A model generated the notes under the pieces. The model had not been told where the DNA came from and searched no databases. It saw nothing but the letters and a program-made list of their open reading frames with translations. Made by a program: the position numbers and the translations under genes. Below are positions 45,968 to 55,262 of a stretch of DNA of 64,000 nucleotides, one piece after another. Position 1 is the stretch's first letter, and each line of letters starts with the position of its first letter. This DNA is from a virus (lineage: Duplodnaviria > Caudoviricetes), in IMG/VR virus record IMGVR_UViG_3300050016_000156, positions 522-64,521 of that record; one strand, given 5' to 3'.

Positions 45968-47506
45968 TTACGTGTTCTTGATGAACTGCGCGAATATCTG
46001 AGCACCTGTGCTTGTTCCCGTACCTGCTTGGATAGTCCAGTTAGTTGCTGCGGTTGTCTGGGCCAGGGGCGGGTTAAATGTAATCACGAACGGCAGAGCC
46101 GTAGCCCCCACAGGGACATTAAACGACGCGATAGGCGTCCCCGCTGTGGTGTTTCTCAGCGTCCAGACGGTGGCCGCAGTGCTCTGCCCAGAAATAACAA
46201 GCGCACACAGGTCGTTGAACACTCCTGCCGCGCCCGCTGTGACAATAGTCGTCTCCGTGCCGCTGGCGGCTATGGTGGTAGTTTGTGTTCCCTGCAAATC
46301 TCTTACGTGGCCGGAGGTGACAACCAATCTCCCAGCTTTGTCCGCCATCACGCCTACGAGGTTACCGCCCGTGGCGTTAGTTGGATTAGCAGTCGCGGCA
46401 CGGGCCCCTTTATAGAGCGCGTTGACTGGGACAGCGGCCCCGGTTGCGCCATCTAAAATTCCCCCGGCGTTACCTTCGATCTTGACCGGATTCGTAACGG
46501 TCGTCAGCGCAGTCACGGTAGAAACGGTCGTGACAGTCCCGCTCGTGATCGTGACCGCCGGAGTGTTCGTGATGAACGCGTTCACGCCTTCAACCGCGAC
46601 AGCACCGGGGGACGTGCCATAATTCGATGGCGACCCGAGTGCAACTACATTCAATTGCGTAAAATTCACAGGAGTGGTCGGCATCGCGGCAATGCTAACT
46701 GGCTGCGTGGTCTGCCAGAAGGTGCCTGTAACCGCTACTGTGTTGTTCGGGCTGATCGCCACAACTAAAGCAGGGTCCGTTGCGACTGCCGCGGCGGAAG
46801 CCACCTTAACTGCCGCAGGGCCGTGCGTCCCGTCCGTAATAGCTTCGTACCCCGGCGTTCCAAGCGTTTGGTTTACGTTCCAAACGCCGGACTCTGTTGC
46901 CGCTATCGTTCCAGACACCGGCTGTGTTGTCTGCCAAAAAGTGCCGGTAACCGGAGTGCTGGGCATTGATGCGATACTGACTGGCTGAGTTGCTTGCCAA
47001 AATGTTCCCGTGACGGGAGTTGTTGGCATCGTCGCGATACTGACGGGCTGCGTTACTGCTGAGCCGTTTGTAAGCGCATACCCGACCGGCGAATACGGCA
47101 GGTAGGAAATAAATGGCAATATCGAGGCCCCTGCGCCAGTCATCGGCGTAGATTCTAGTGCCCGAACGGCTTGGTAGCCGCCCACTAAAATAAGAAACGA
47201 CTTATTCGTAGAAGGGACGAAAGTATAAGGGTTTGCGATCTGCGCAAAAGTTGGAGACGTTGGATCGAGGACCTGCATCGCAGGAATTGCTACCCAATTA
47301 ATTCCGTCATATGTTCCTTGCCACGTCACCGCACCAGCAGTAATCGACGAGTTCTGATTCAATTGAATCAAAATGGATTGAAAACCAGCGTCTTGCGTAA
47401 CTACAGAAAAGAAGCCTCCGGTCCAATTGGCTGGCGTCCACGACGCAGGAGTCGCAGTAGTGAGCAGGGTAGTAACTTTTAGATTTCCGGCGGCATCAAA
47501 AAGCAT
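45968..47506 (-). CDS. Thr-rich repetitive fibre-like protein
   Basis: VTGTFWQ(A/T)TQPVS x3 plus a beta-sandwich-like C-terminus. Confidence 0.65.
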   Translation of the reverse strand: MLFDAAGNLKVTTLLTTATPASWTPANWTGGFFSVVTQDAGFQSILIQLNQNSSITAGAVTWQGTYDGINWVAIPAMQVLDPTSPTFAQIANPYTFVPSTNKSFLILVGGYQAVRALESTPMTGAGASILPFISYLPYSPVGYALTNGSAVTQPVSIATMPTTPVTGTFWQATQPVSIASMPSTPVTGTFWQTTQPVSGTIAATESGVWNVNQTLGTPGYEAITDGTHGPAAVKVASAAAVATDPALVVAISPNNTVAVTGTFWQTTQPVSIAAMPTTPVNFTQLNVVALGSPSNYGTSPGAVAVEGVNAFITNTPAVTITSGTVTTVSTVTALTTVTNPVKIEGNAGGILDGATGAAVPVNALYKGARAATANPTNATGGNLVGVMADKAGRLVVTSGHVRDLQGTQTTTIAASGTETTIVTAGAAGVFNDLCALVISGQSTAATVWTLRNTTAGTPIASFNVPVGATALPFVITFNPPLAQTTAATNWTIQAGTGTSTGAQIFAQFIKNT

Positions 47507-47510
47507 GGCT

Positions 47511-49856
47511 TTATTCCTCGACGCCTTGCGCTATGATCCTGCAAACTCCCGTTACCAATGCGCTGCTGAGATTTACGTTCAACACGTTATTTGCTGCCGC
47601 GCTCAAAATTCCGAGTGATCCTAAATCCACTTGTATTTCTGCGCCGTCTCCAATAACAGTCGTTACTGCCGTCTGGGGAACGAACACGCTGAAAGTTATG
47701 TTCGTAGAGGTCGTGGCATCTTGAATATCAATAGTTAGAACACCGCCCGCAGCAAGCGAAGCGTTATCAGTGACTTCAATGAACAACTTTAGAAGTCGGA
47801 ACTTGTTTCCCGACCCCGGCGTCCAGATGGCGGTATTTCCTGAGGCTGTTGCCGCAACGGTTCTAAAAACCGTCGAGGCTCGCATCTTGTCCCAGCCCTG
47901 CAAGGCCGCGTTAGGGGTGCCGCTGAACGCGCCACCATAAACTGAATCGGCAACATAGAGCGGTCCACTTATACCAACAGAGTCAACAAATAGGCTAACT
48001 TTTAAATTGTTATCCGCTATCGCGTTAGCCAATCCTACGGAGCGAACACCTATAGCCGTGCCATTAAACAAAGTCGTTATATTAGACGAGCCGTTCACTG
48101 CATTTTCGGCTATGCCAACATTCACGGTGCCGGTTCCGGTAATGACGGTACTTAGCCGGACACGAAAAGCAGCCCATCCCGCGACATTAACTATCCACCC
48201 TTGATTGGCGCTTGCGACAAAGGAGTATGTTGTGCCGGTATTAGCGCTGTTTACCTGCAAGCCTGTGATCGTATACGCGTTCGTAAAAGCGGTCGTATCT
48301 GAAACTTCAAAGGTGACCGCTCCGGCGGTTAAAGTCGTAGTTTGATTGAACGTAACCACGACTTCTGCGTACCCGAGCGTCGTCATAGTTAGCGCAGTGT
48401 TTAACGCCGTCGCCGATGTCCAAGACGCAGTGGCCTCTGGAGGATTTCCACTGATGATTCGCTGACCGCCGTACAAATCAACGGATTCAAGGACCTGATC
48501 CCCTTCTGTCCACAAGGGCGCGAGAGCTTTTGCCAGAGCGGGCAAGGTCCCAATATTCGTAGCGGCGGGAGCGGCGTTGTTGTTCGTTAAGTTGCCGAGT
48601 ACTGTAGTTGTTGCGCCCGCAGCAGGCGAGGTCGATACGCGAAGGTTGCCCGCTATGTCCAAAGACAGGGGGTTAGTCGTGCCGGTTGTGTATGTCGGCG
48701 CAGCCGTAGTCACGGAGCCGCCAACCTGCAAAACCGTTGTCAGAACAGTTGTATTTGAATTCGCAACGGGGAGTTCTTGAACAAGACCCGCAGCATCTAC
48801 ACCGGCAACTACGACAGGGCTGCCGGTAAAGGTGGCATCTATCGGGTTCTGCCCCATGATACGCTGACGACCGCTTAAGTCAACGGATTCGAGAACTTGA
48901 AAACCCTCTGTCCAACTAGGATTTGCGGCGTTTGCGAGAGCGGGTGAAACATTTACTTCAAATGAAGGGGCTGCGGCATTATTTGTTCGAGTTCCTATGA
49001 TGCGTGTATTTCCGTTTAAATCAACGGAGCCCAGAACGAGATTGCCTTCTGTATATGTCGGAGCGACCGCATTGGCAATGTAGTTCAGCGAACTCTGGGC
49101 ATCTCCGGCTGGCGCGGCGACATTGGTGCTAAGCGTTCCACGGACCCGTTGACGACCAGTTAGATCAACGGATATGAGAGTATTAAATCCTTCGGTCCAT
49201 GCTGGGGAAGCGGCGTTCGCAATCGCCGGAAGAACTTCGAGCGCGGCAGCAGCTTCAGGCGCGGCGGCATTATTGGTTTCGTCACCCTCAATCGTGAGGG
49301 CTCCCCCAGTAGTTCCCGTGACATTCACATTCAGTGAAGTGCCTGTCGCCGTAATACCAGTCGTGCCTGCAAAGATCGAAGAATTGACTCCCGGCACATT
49401 CGCTGCGGCAGGTGCTGTTCCGAATGCGGTAACCGCGGTCGCTCCGAGGACGACGCCCGCAACTTGAACCAAATTATCCACCCATGGGGTTGTGCCTTGA
49501 GTGGCGGTAATGGTGCCAGATACTGGCTGCACAGTGGTGCCGGTTGGGTCGATGCGGACAGGGTTGGTTGCGCTGGCCCCGACGAGTAGGCCGCCCGCGT
49601 TAATGACCCCGATCTCAGTTGCGAATGCGGGGGCTGCGACTCCGGTCGCACCGACAGACGGGTTACTTGCTGTGATGGTTCCTGTGATCGGCAGGGGATT
49701 GGCTGCACTGACGCCGACTTCATTTCCCGATGCGTTTATGAACCCGATTTCAGTCGAGGATAGGGGCGCGGGCGCGCCATTTAGACCGACAGACGCGTTA
49801 GACCCGCTACTACCCCCGGTCCCGCCTCCGCCGCTGATTATCACGCTTGATGGCAT
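47511..49856 (-). CDS. Large repetitive fibre-like protein
   Basis: Repeats NAAAP...ANA..P.(W/Y)TEG...SVDL.G.QRI about 4-5 times. Confidence 0.65.
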   Translation of the reverse strand: MPSSVIISGGGGTGGSSGSNASVGLNGAPAPLSSTEIGFINASGNEVGVSAANPLPITGTITASNPSVGATGVAAPAFATEIGVINAGGLLVGASATNPVRIDPTGTTVQPVSGTITATQGTTPWVDNLVQVAGVVLGATAVTAFGTAPAAANVPGVNSSIFAGTTGITATGTSLNVNVTGTTGGALTIEGDETNNAAAPEAAAALEVLPAIANAASPAWTEGFNTLISVDLTGRQRVRGTLSTNVAAPAGDAQSSLNYIANAVAPTYTEGNLVLGSVDLNGNTRIIGTRTNNAAAPSFEVNVSPALANAANPSWTEGFQVLESVDLSGRQRIMGQNPIDATFTGSPVVVAGVDAAGLVQELPVANSNTTVLTTVLQVGGSVTTAAPTYTTGTTNPLSLDIAGNLRVSTSPAAGATTTVLGNLTNNNAAPAATNIGTLPALAKALAPLWTEGDQVLESVDLYGGQRIISGNPPEATASWTSATALNTALTMTTLGYAEVVVTFNQTTTLTAGAVTFEVSDTTAFTNAYTITGLQVNSANTGTTYSFVASANQGWIVNVAGWAAFRVRLSTVITGTGTVNVGIAENAVNGSSNITTLFNGTAIGVRSVGLANAIADNNLKVSLFVDSVGISGPLYVADSVYGGAFSGTPNAALQGWDKMRASTVFRTVAATASGNTAIWTPGSGNKFRLLKLFIEVTDNASLAAGGVLTIDIQDATTSTNITFSVFVPQTAVTTVIGDGAEIQVDLGSLGILSAAANNVLNVNLSSALVTGVCRIIAQGVEE

Positions 49857-50265
49857 TTTGTTTCCTTCCCGAAAAATTTAATGCGGCTGGCGATGCCACA
49901 GGATTGTCGTTCTTTCGTTCCAAATAGACAATCAACTGCCTAAGATTTTCAACACTATCGTGGACGTGCCCAAGAGCCAGATTGCAGTTAGCACAAATCC
50001 ACCCACGAAACTGATTGGTCTTATAATCGTGGTCCCAAACAATCCGTCGTTCGCCGTCGTGGCCACATGCATCGCAGACTGTCGGCTTTGAGCGACCCGC
50101 GCTAGTTTCCATCGTTCTATGGCGATAGCGGGTGCGAGCAGCGTATTCAAGTTTGCGAACCTTCTCAGGGTTCTCCTGACGATACCTTTTATTGTATTCT
50201 CGCCGCCATTCGCGATAAACTGCCCATTCTTCGGGCGTTACATCAGCCTTGCGTAGGCTTTTCAT
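49810..50265 (-). CDS. Endonuclease VII-like homing endonuclease
   Basis: CDACG...WDHDY...RGWICANCNLALG...YLE. Confidence 0.85.
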   Translation of the reverse strand: MKSLRKADVTPEEWAVYREWRREYNKRYRQENPEKVRKLEYAARTRYRHRTMETSAGRSKPTVCDACGHDGERRIVWDHDYKTNQFRGWICANCNLALGHVHDSVENLRQLIVYLERKNDNPVASPAALNFSGRKQNAIKRDNQRRRRDRG

Positions 50266-50331
50266 ATGTCCTCCGATAAAGAACTTGGGGGTGTTATCGG
50301 CACCCCCGCCATCAGGTAATTAAGCTGTGGC

Positions 50332-50353
50332 TCTACTTATGGAATAGAAAGTC
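50332..50353 (-). promoter_or_regulatory. 22-bp putative late promoter motif, copy 7 (GACTTTCTATTCCATAAGTAGA)
   Basis: Upstream of the fibre-gene block. Confidence 0.75.
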
Positions 50354-50826
50354 TTAATGCTTGGCGTTCTTACCCGGCCTACTTAACCCAGCCTTCGAGA
50401 GAGCCACAGCGATCATCATCTTGCGTTTGGCTGCGCCTGTTTTACCTGTCGCAGTCACCGTTTTTGGAGTCTTAGCGTAGACTTCTTTGAAGGCTTCTTT
50501 TTTACTCATGTCGGCCATTATCATTCCTTGTCTTCGGGTCCGCCTTCGAGCGGCTGATTCACGAATTTGCAACATCCGTGGCACATATCAATCTTCGCAA
50601 CAGGCCGCCCATCGAGCAGCACGACGCGGTTCTGCATCGCAGGGTCCGCCAGGACTTTCGGATGAATACAGAACGGCTCGTCGGACGCAGTCTTGTGAAT
50701 GCAGTCTTCGCAGTGGTACGGCCCGTGTTCCTCGTAGCCCGAGTCAGGCGTCCCAGTCTCATCGTAGATGGACCCCAGGCGTGGTTGCCCGAGCACAGAG
50801 AGGCCAGAGATGAAGAAAGGGTCCAT
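50354..50826 (-). CDS. Two small genes: basic peptide (50354-~50518) and Cys-rich protein (50521-50826)
   Basis: KMMIAVALSKAG; HCEDC...C...CHGCC. Confidence 0.5.
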
Positions 50827-50845
50827 ACTTATACTTTCGTTAGTC

Positions 50846-51370
50846 TTATTTCCAGCGGTTGTCGAAATCGGAGGGGGGTTCGGCTTTCGGTGGGCGCTCG
50901 GCCTTCTCGGGCTTCTTGCGCTTTGCTTTTCGTGCGGCTTTGTCTGCTTCGATGACATCAGGAGGAATGACACCAGTCGGCAGACCCGAAGTTCCAGGCA
51001 GGCGACTCGTATACCCAAGGATGTCGCCCTTCAACTTCAGCGCCGAGAGTTGCGCGATGGTGAGTTTTTTATTTCGGATGGCCCGGTCAATCTGAATCAA
51101 AAACTCCTCAATCGGCTCTCGATTAAAATGGCGATTGAGAACAGCAACAATCCGAATGTTCGCCAGCAGAGAATAAGACATCACACGAGCGTTTTCCCGC
51201 GACTTGCATTTATAAGCCTGCATCGTGGCGAAAATCGGATCATAGATTCCCGTATTTAGACCGCTCGCGCAGTAAGTTTCAATGAACATTTGTTGTTTTC
51301 CGGTGAGCACGGCATATTCTTGTGTATTTTTTATTTCGGCCAAGGTTAGGCGCTTCGATTTATCACTCAT
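50846..51370 (-). CDS. Terminase small subunit (probable)
   Basis: LTGKQQMFIETY...A..QAY...ARVMSYSLLANIRI, a TerS-type HTH pattern. Confidence 0.65.
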   Translation of the reverse strand: MSDKSKRLTLAEIKNTQEYAVLTGKQQMFIETYCASGLNTGIYDPIFATMQAYKCKSRENARVMSYSLLANIRIVAVLNRHFNREPIEEFLIQIDRAIRNKKLTIAQLSALKLKGDILGYTSRLPGTSGLPTGVIPPDVIEADKAARKAKRKKPEKAERPPKAEPPSDFDNRWK

Positions 51371-51890
51371 AAAATTTGAGATACCTCACTAGCCCTTCTA
51401 GGATGGTACAACTATCCTGAGCCATCCCCAGCGCCACATTGCATCGACTACAAAGTTCTCCGCGCAACTTTCCTGTCGCATGCGAATGATCGGTAGCGAA
51501 TCCTTTCTTTCCTGGGTTCTCTGTCTGACAGCCAGGATTCGCGCAGCGAAAATTTTGCGTTGCAATGCGTTGTTCTTTCTGTTCTAAAGTTATCCCATAG
51601 GCCGATTTATACGCGGTGTTGCGATAAGAGCGCAACCGAGCGGCGCGCAACTCAGCACTAGCATTGACCTTATTCATGTGTCTTTTTCGTGCTGCTATCG
51701 CTTTATCGGGATTTCGAGCATTCCAGTTCTGTACCGAGCGTTGGCACGACTTTGGGTTGTTTTTTCGTGCTCTGCGGCTATTCATAATCAGACGACAGCG
51801 CGTCGAACAAAATTTTTGCGCCGACTTATTCGATTTGAATGGGCGAACACAGTCGGGTCGCGCGCATAGCCTTGCGATTCGTATCGACAT
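51363..51890 (-). CDS. Endonuclease VII-like homing endonuclease
   Basis: YGITL...Q...CANPGC...DHSHATGKLRGELCSRCNVALG. Confidence 0.85.
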   Translation of the reverse strand: MSIRIARLCARPDCVRPFKSNKSAQKFCSTRCRLIMNSRRARKNNPKSCQRSVQNWNARNPDKAIAARKRHMNKVNASAELRAARLRSYRNTAYKSAYGITLEQKEQRIATQNFRCANPGCQTENPGKKGFATDHSHATGKLRGELCSRCNVALGMAQDSCTILEGLVRYLKFYE

Positions 51891-52171
51891 TACTGAGTTT
51901 TCCTTATGTACGCTTCAATCTGCCCTTCACGCAGAAGACGGAATTCGATTCCGTCAATGATGATGTTCTTTCCAGCCCAAGGGCCGTAGAGAACGATATC
52001 GTTCACGTGAGTTGCGCGACTGACTTCAGGTCCAGTGAAAATAACCATGCCCATCAGCATTTCGCGCTGCTTGACGTTGTCGGGCATTGCAATCCCGTCG
52101 ACGACGAGTTCCTGCAAACCTTCTTTGATGATGACGTGGTCTGTGGCTGGTTCAATGTAACTTTTAGACAT
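51890..52171 (-). CDS. groES: Co-chaperonin GroES
   Basis: IEPATDHVII...GIAMPD...G.VIFTGP...VNDIVLYGPWAG...IDG.E..LLREGQI. Confidence 0.88.
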   Translation of the reverse strand: MSKSYIEPATDHVIIKEGLQELVVDGIAMPDNVKQREMLMGMVIFTGPEVSRATHVNDIVLYGPWAGKNIIIDGIEFRLLREGQIEAYIRKTQ

Positions 52172-53762
52172 TTGGTTTCTCCTGAATTTCTGAAACAGTG
52201 CAGCCCATGGTGATAAAACTGCATGAGACTGCTGATGCATTCCGCAACGATTCGATTACGACCTGAACGGGGTCAATGATCCCAGCGTCGATTAAATTTT
52301 CAAACTGGTCGGATGCGGCGTTATAGCCCAAATCGGGTGTAGCCATCAATTGCGAGACCACCATATCGCCATCAATCCCTGCATTTTTAGCGATTTGTTT
52401 TACTACTGCGCGACAAGCGTTATGGACAATGTCTCGTCCAGTCAATTCAGCGGCAGGTAGCCTTAAGCTTGCCAAAACCGTCGACGCTTGCAAAAGGGCG
52501 ATACCGCCCCCCGCCACAACGCCAGATTCCACCGCGGCCTTTGCCGCAGACATTGCATCAACTACCCGATCTTTCTTTTCTTCCATCTCGGTGACAGTTA
52601 CTCCTCCCACTTTAATCATGGTGATGCCACCAAGCAGTGCAGCAAGCCGTTGACGAAATGGTGGGCGTTCAGCAGGGGCTGCGCCTTCAATACATTTTTT
52701 GATTTGAGCAACTCGCCCAATCAGTTCTTCCTGGTTCCCTTTCCCTTCGATAATTTGGGTCTTTGACATGGTCGTGATGACCTTACGTGCCTGTCCCAAC
52801 TCCATCAGCTTCACGGTTTCAATTTTCAAGCCCATGTCTTCGGTGTACGCTTTGCCGCCTGTCAGCGCGGCTAAATCGCGAAGAACTTCTTTTCGGCGGT
52901 CCCCATAAGCATCGAGTCGAACCGCAATTAAAGGTAACGCGAGACTCGCCTTGTTTTTAATAATACAAGCCAACGCCTCGGCCTCGTAGCCCCCCGCTAT
53001 AATCAGCAGAGGTATTCCGCCAGCCGCGAGCGACTCATTCACCTGCTTCAAAAGCGGCACGATAGATTTAGCGGTTGCGATCACACCCTCCCACAACAAA
53101 ATCCGACAATTGTGAAGCTCGGCAGACATGGTTTCGGGGTGCGTGATAAACACGCTGTGCAATAAATTCGATTTTGGGAGTTCCAAACCCGCGACGGATT
53201 CGACATAGGTGTCCGATGTCGATGAAGGTTCGGCGGTGATGACGCCATCTTTTCCTGCTTTTTGAACAGCATCTGCGACGAGGCGTCCAATCTCCGTATC
53301 CCCATGTGCTGAGACCGTTGCCACTTGAAAAACTTTCTCTGGCGATACCTCAACAGCCATAGATCGTAATTGTTTGATAACGGCATCAGTCGCTTTGTGT
53401 ATCCCCCGCTCCATCGCTATTGGGTTTGATCCTTGGGAAATCAAATCAAAACCAGTATGAATCATGGATTGAGCTAGAGTAACCGTACAGGTTGAGCCAT
53501 CGCCTACCAGATTATCGGTTTTTTGGCTTGCTTCTCGAATTAGATCACAAGCCAATTGCTCTGTTGCATCGGCAGGGTCTAAATAATTAGCCACGGATAT
53601 TCCATCCCGAGAAACACGGGGGGTCTGGCCCAAGGCTCGTTGCCCGAGGATCGCAGTACGCCCGCGCGGGCCTTCCGTTAGAACCACGGCGTCGGCAATA
53701 AAATCTACTCCTCGAAGAAGCGCGGTGCGAGCATCTGCTCCATGTTTCACTATTTTTGGCAT
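52164..53762 (-). CDS. groEL: Chaperonin GroEL (divergent)
   Basis: GADAR..LLRGV...GPRGR...DGISVA...VGDGST...GKDGVIT...YGDRRK..L.DLA.LTGG...EKKDRVVDA...GVVAGGG...GIIDP. Confidence 0.95.
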   Translation of the reverse strand: MPKIVKHGADARTALLRGVDFIADAVVLTEGPRGRTAILGQRALGQTPRVSRDGISVANYLDPADATEQLACDLIREASQKTDNLVGDGSTCTVTLAQSMIHTGFDLISQGSNPIAMERGIHKATDAVIKQLRSMAVEVSPEKVFQVATVSAHGDTEIGRLVADAVQKAGKDGVITAEPSSTSDTYVESVAGLELPKSNLLHSVFITHPETMSAELHNCRILLWEGVIATAKSIVPLLKQVNESLAAGGIPLLIIAGGYEAEALACIIKNKASLALPLIAVRLDAYGDRRKEVLRDLAALTGGKAYTEDMGLKIETVKLMELGQARKVITTMSKTQIIEGKGNQEELIGRVAQIKKCIEGAAPAERPPFRQRLAALLGGITMIKVGGVTVTEMEEKKDRVVDAMSAAKAAVESGVVAGGGIALLQASTVLASLRLPAAELTGRDIVHNACRAVVKQIAKNAGIDGDMVVSQLMATPDLGYNAASDQFENLIDAGIIDPVQVVIESLRNASAVSCSFITMGCTVSEIQEKPNV

Positions 53763-54202
53763 GAATCCTCCCAAAGAGCCTGAATTTCTTTCCAAGACAT
53801 GTCACGCTTGCAGCGATTCGCCCTATCTGAAACAATTCGCACATTGCCTGGGGTATACCCCAATGCGTTGTTGATGCGGTCCAATGACGGAGAATTATCA
53901 TGCAATCCTGTCCCGATGTGGCGTTCTAATTTAATCCAAGGAAAGACAGGACAAAATTCTGGCATAGCGGGAATGTCCGCCAAAACTAATGTACACATCA
54001 AACCTTTCTGTTTCGCGCGAGAGCGCGCCTGGTATAGCATGACTGCATCAGGACGATTCCGCCGTTTATTTAGTCCCTGTGCGCGGACTTTCTCTGGATT
54101 CGCTAGTCTCCACTGGCGAGAGTACTCTCGCGTATGCCGCTTATGACTATCTCGCCAGCGCTGAGTCGCTGCAAGGGCTGTCTTGGGTGTTGGTTTGCTC
54201 AT
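53750..54202 (-). CDS. HNH-like endonuclease
   Basis: ARSRAK.KG...CPVF...SPSLDRINNALGYTPGNVRIVSDRANRCK. Confidence 0.8.
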   Translation of the reverse strand: MSKPTPKTALAATQRWRDSHKRHTREYSRQWRLANPEKVRAQGLNKRRNRPDAVMLYQARSRAKQKGLMCTLVLADIPAMPEFCPVFPWIKLERHIGTGLHDNSPSLDRINNALGYTPGNVRIVSDRANRCKRDMSWKEIQALWEDSCQK

Positions 54203-54232
54203 AGCTCATTTTACTCCGTCAGCGTAGCAATG

Positions 54233-54544
54233 TCAATTCGCCTGAACATTCCCTGCTCGCAAAGACGCCAAGTCGATATTATCCTCGGGCTCGTTGGCGG
54301 GCGACGGCAACGCCAACTTGATGGCGGCTGCAGGCACGCACGGGAGTGAGCAGGCGTTGGACTGGACCTTGGTGAATCGGGGTCGGCCCGTTTCATCAGG
54401 AAGAATAACATTGCGTATCACCAGATACCAATCCTGCATTTCGTTGATGGCCTGCTCGGACGCGCCGACCAGTTCCCACTCCACCTCTTTGCCGCACCCA
54501 TCACAACCACGCTTCATCTTCTGGCTCACCATGGCTTCGCTCAT
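54233..54544 (-). CDS. Small Cys-motif hypothetical protein
   Basis: CDGCG...ACSLPC. Confidence 0.55.
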   Translation of the reverse strand: MSEAMVSQKMKRGCDGCGKEVEWELVGASEQAINEMQDWYLVIRNVILPDETGRPRFTKVQSNACSLPCVPAAAIKLALPSPANEPEDNIDLASLRAGNVQAN

Positions 54545-54945
54545 ATCTTTTCTCCCTTATGTTTTTTGATGTAGATAAGTGCCGCTTCAATTTCTTCGAC
54601 CGAATCGTGAAACCCGCCAAGAGCGGCATTATGTGTTCTACACAGCACGTCTCGGTTCTTACCTGTCTCATGGTCGTGGTCTTGCGCGGGGGCGTTCCAT
54701 TGCTTACCGCTGCCAAATTCGTGATTGCCGATAGGACAGCGATTATTTTGAGCCGCTATTTTGGCCTCAAACTCCACCAGAGTAATGCCTCGCCGTTTCC
54801 TGTACATCAAATCTCGCCCGTGTTTCGCCCACCAGTCTTTCGCGGACTGTTTGCGACTGGCCCAATATGCTGGGTCATCTTTATGGCGCTCTTTCCATCG
54901 CCGAGAGGCCGCACGGTTGAGCCTCAGTTGGTGCTCCGACAGCAT
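54541..54945 (-). CDS. Endonuclease VII-like homing endonuclease
   Basis: GITL...QNNRCPI...DHDHETGKNRDVLCRTHNAALG. Confidence 0.8.
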   Translation of the reverse strand: MLSEHQLRLNRAASRRWKERHKDDPAYWASRKQSAKDWWAKHGRDLMYRKRRGITLVEFEAKIAAQNNRCPIGNHEFGSGKQWNAPAQDHDHETGKNRDVLCRTHNAALGGFHDSVEEIEAALIYIKKHKGEKI

Positions 54946-55262
54946 TTGAGTATCTCCCGTAGTCCGTGTAGGATGATTAGAACTGCGTTCTTAAAACGAA
55001 ACTTTCGCGGCATGGGAGCCAGCATTTTCGGCTCCTCGATTTGGTAGCGCACGGACCCGACCGTTCGCCCGACTTCCCGCCCCTGATCGTTCAAATAGAC
55101 CGTGACAACATTCTCGCCGATGACCTGCAGCGTATCTGGCTTGTAGACGGCTTGATTGTAGGTCAGCCTCATATATGCGCCGTCCGTCTCCGCATTCCTG
55201 AAGGTATAGCCTTCGGGCGGGACGAGCGTCTTGTTCTTGTCTTCGAACCTCATGGAATCCAC
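54924..55262 (-). CDS. Hypothetical protein
   Basis: ORF overlapping both neighbours. Confidence 0.5.
   Translation of the reverse strand: MDSMRFEDKNKTLVPPEGYTFRNAETDGAYMRLTYNQAVYKPDTLQVIGENVVTVYLNDQGREVGRTVGSVRYQIEEPKMLAPMPRKFRFKNAVLIILHGLREILKCCRSTN

Noticed and set aside
45968-49856. Diversity-generating retroelement acting on fibre genes
   Set aside because: No reverse transcriptase and no adenine-variable TR/VR pair noticed; repeats are ordinary protein repeats
2158-54945. Group I introns or inteins hosting the endonucleases
   Set aside because: Flanking genes (polA, recA, TerL, portal, capsid) appear uninterrupted; no intein termini or intron core recognised
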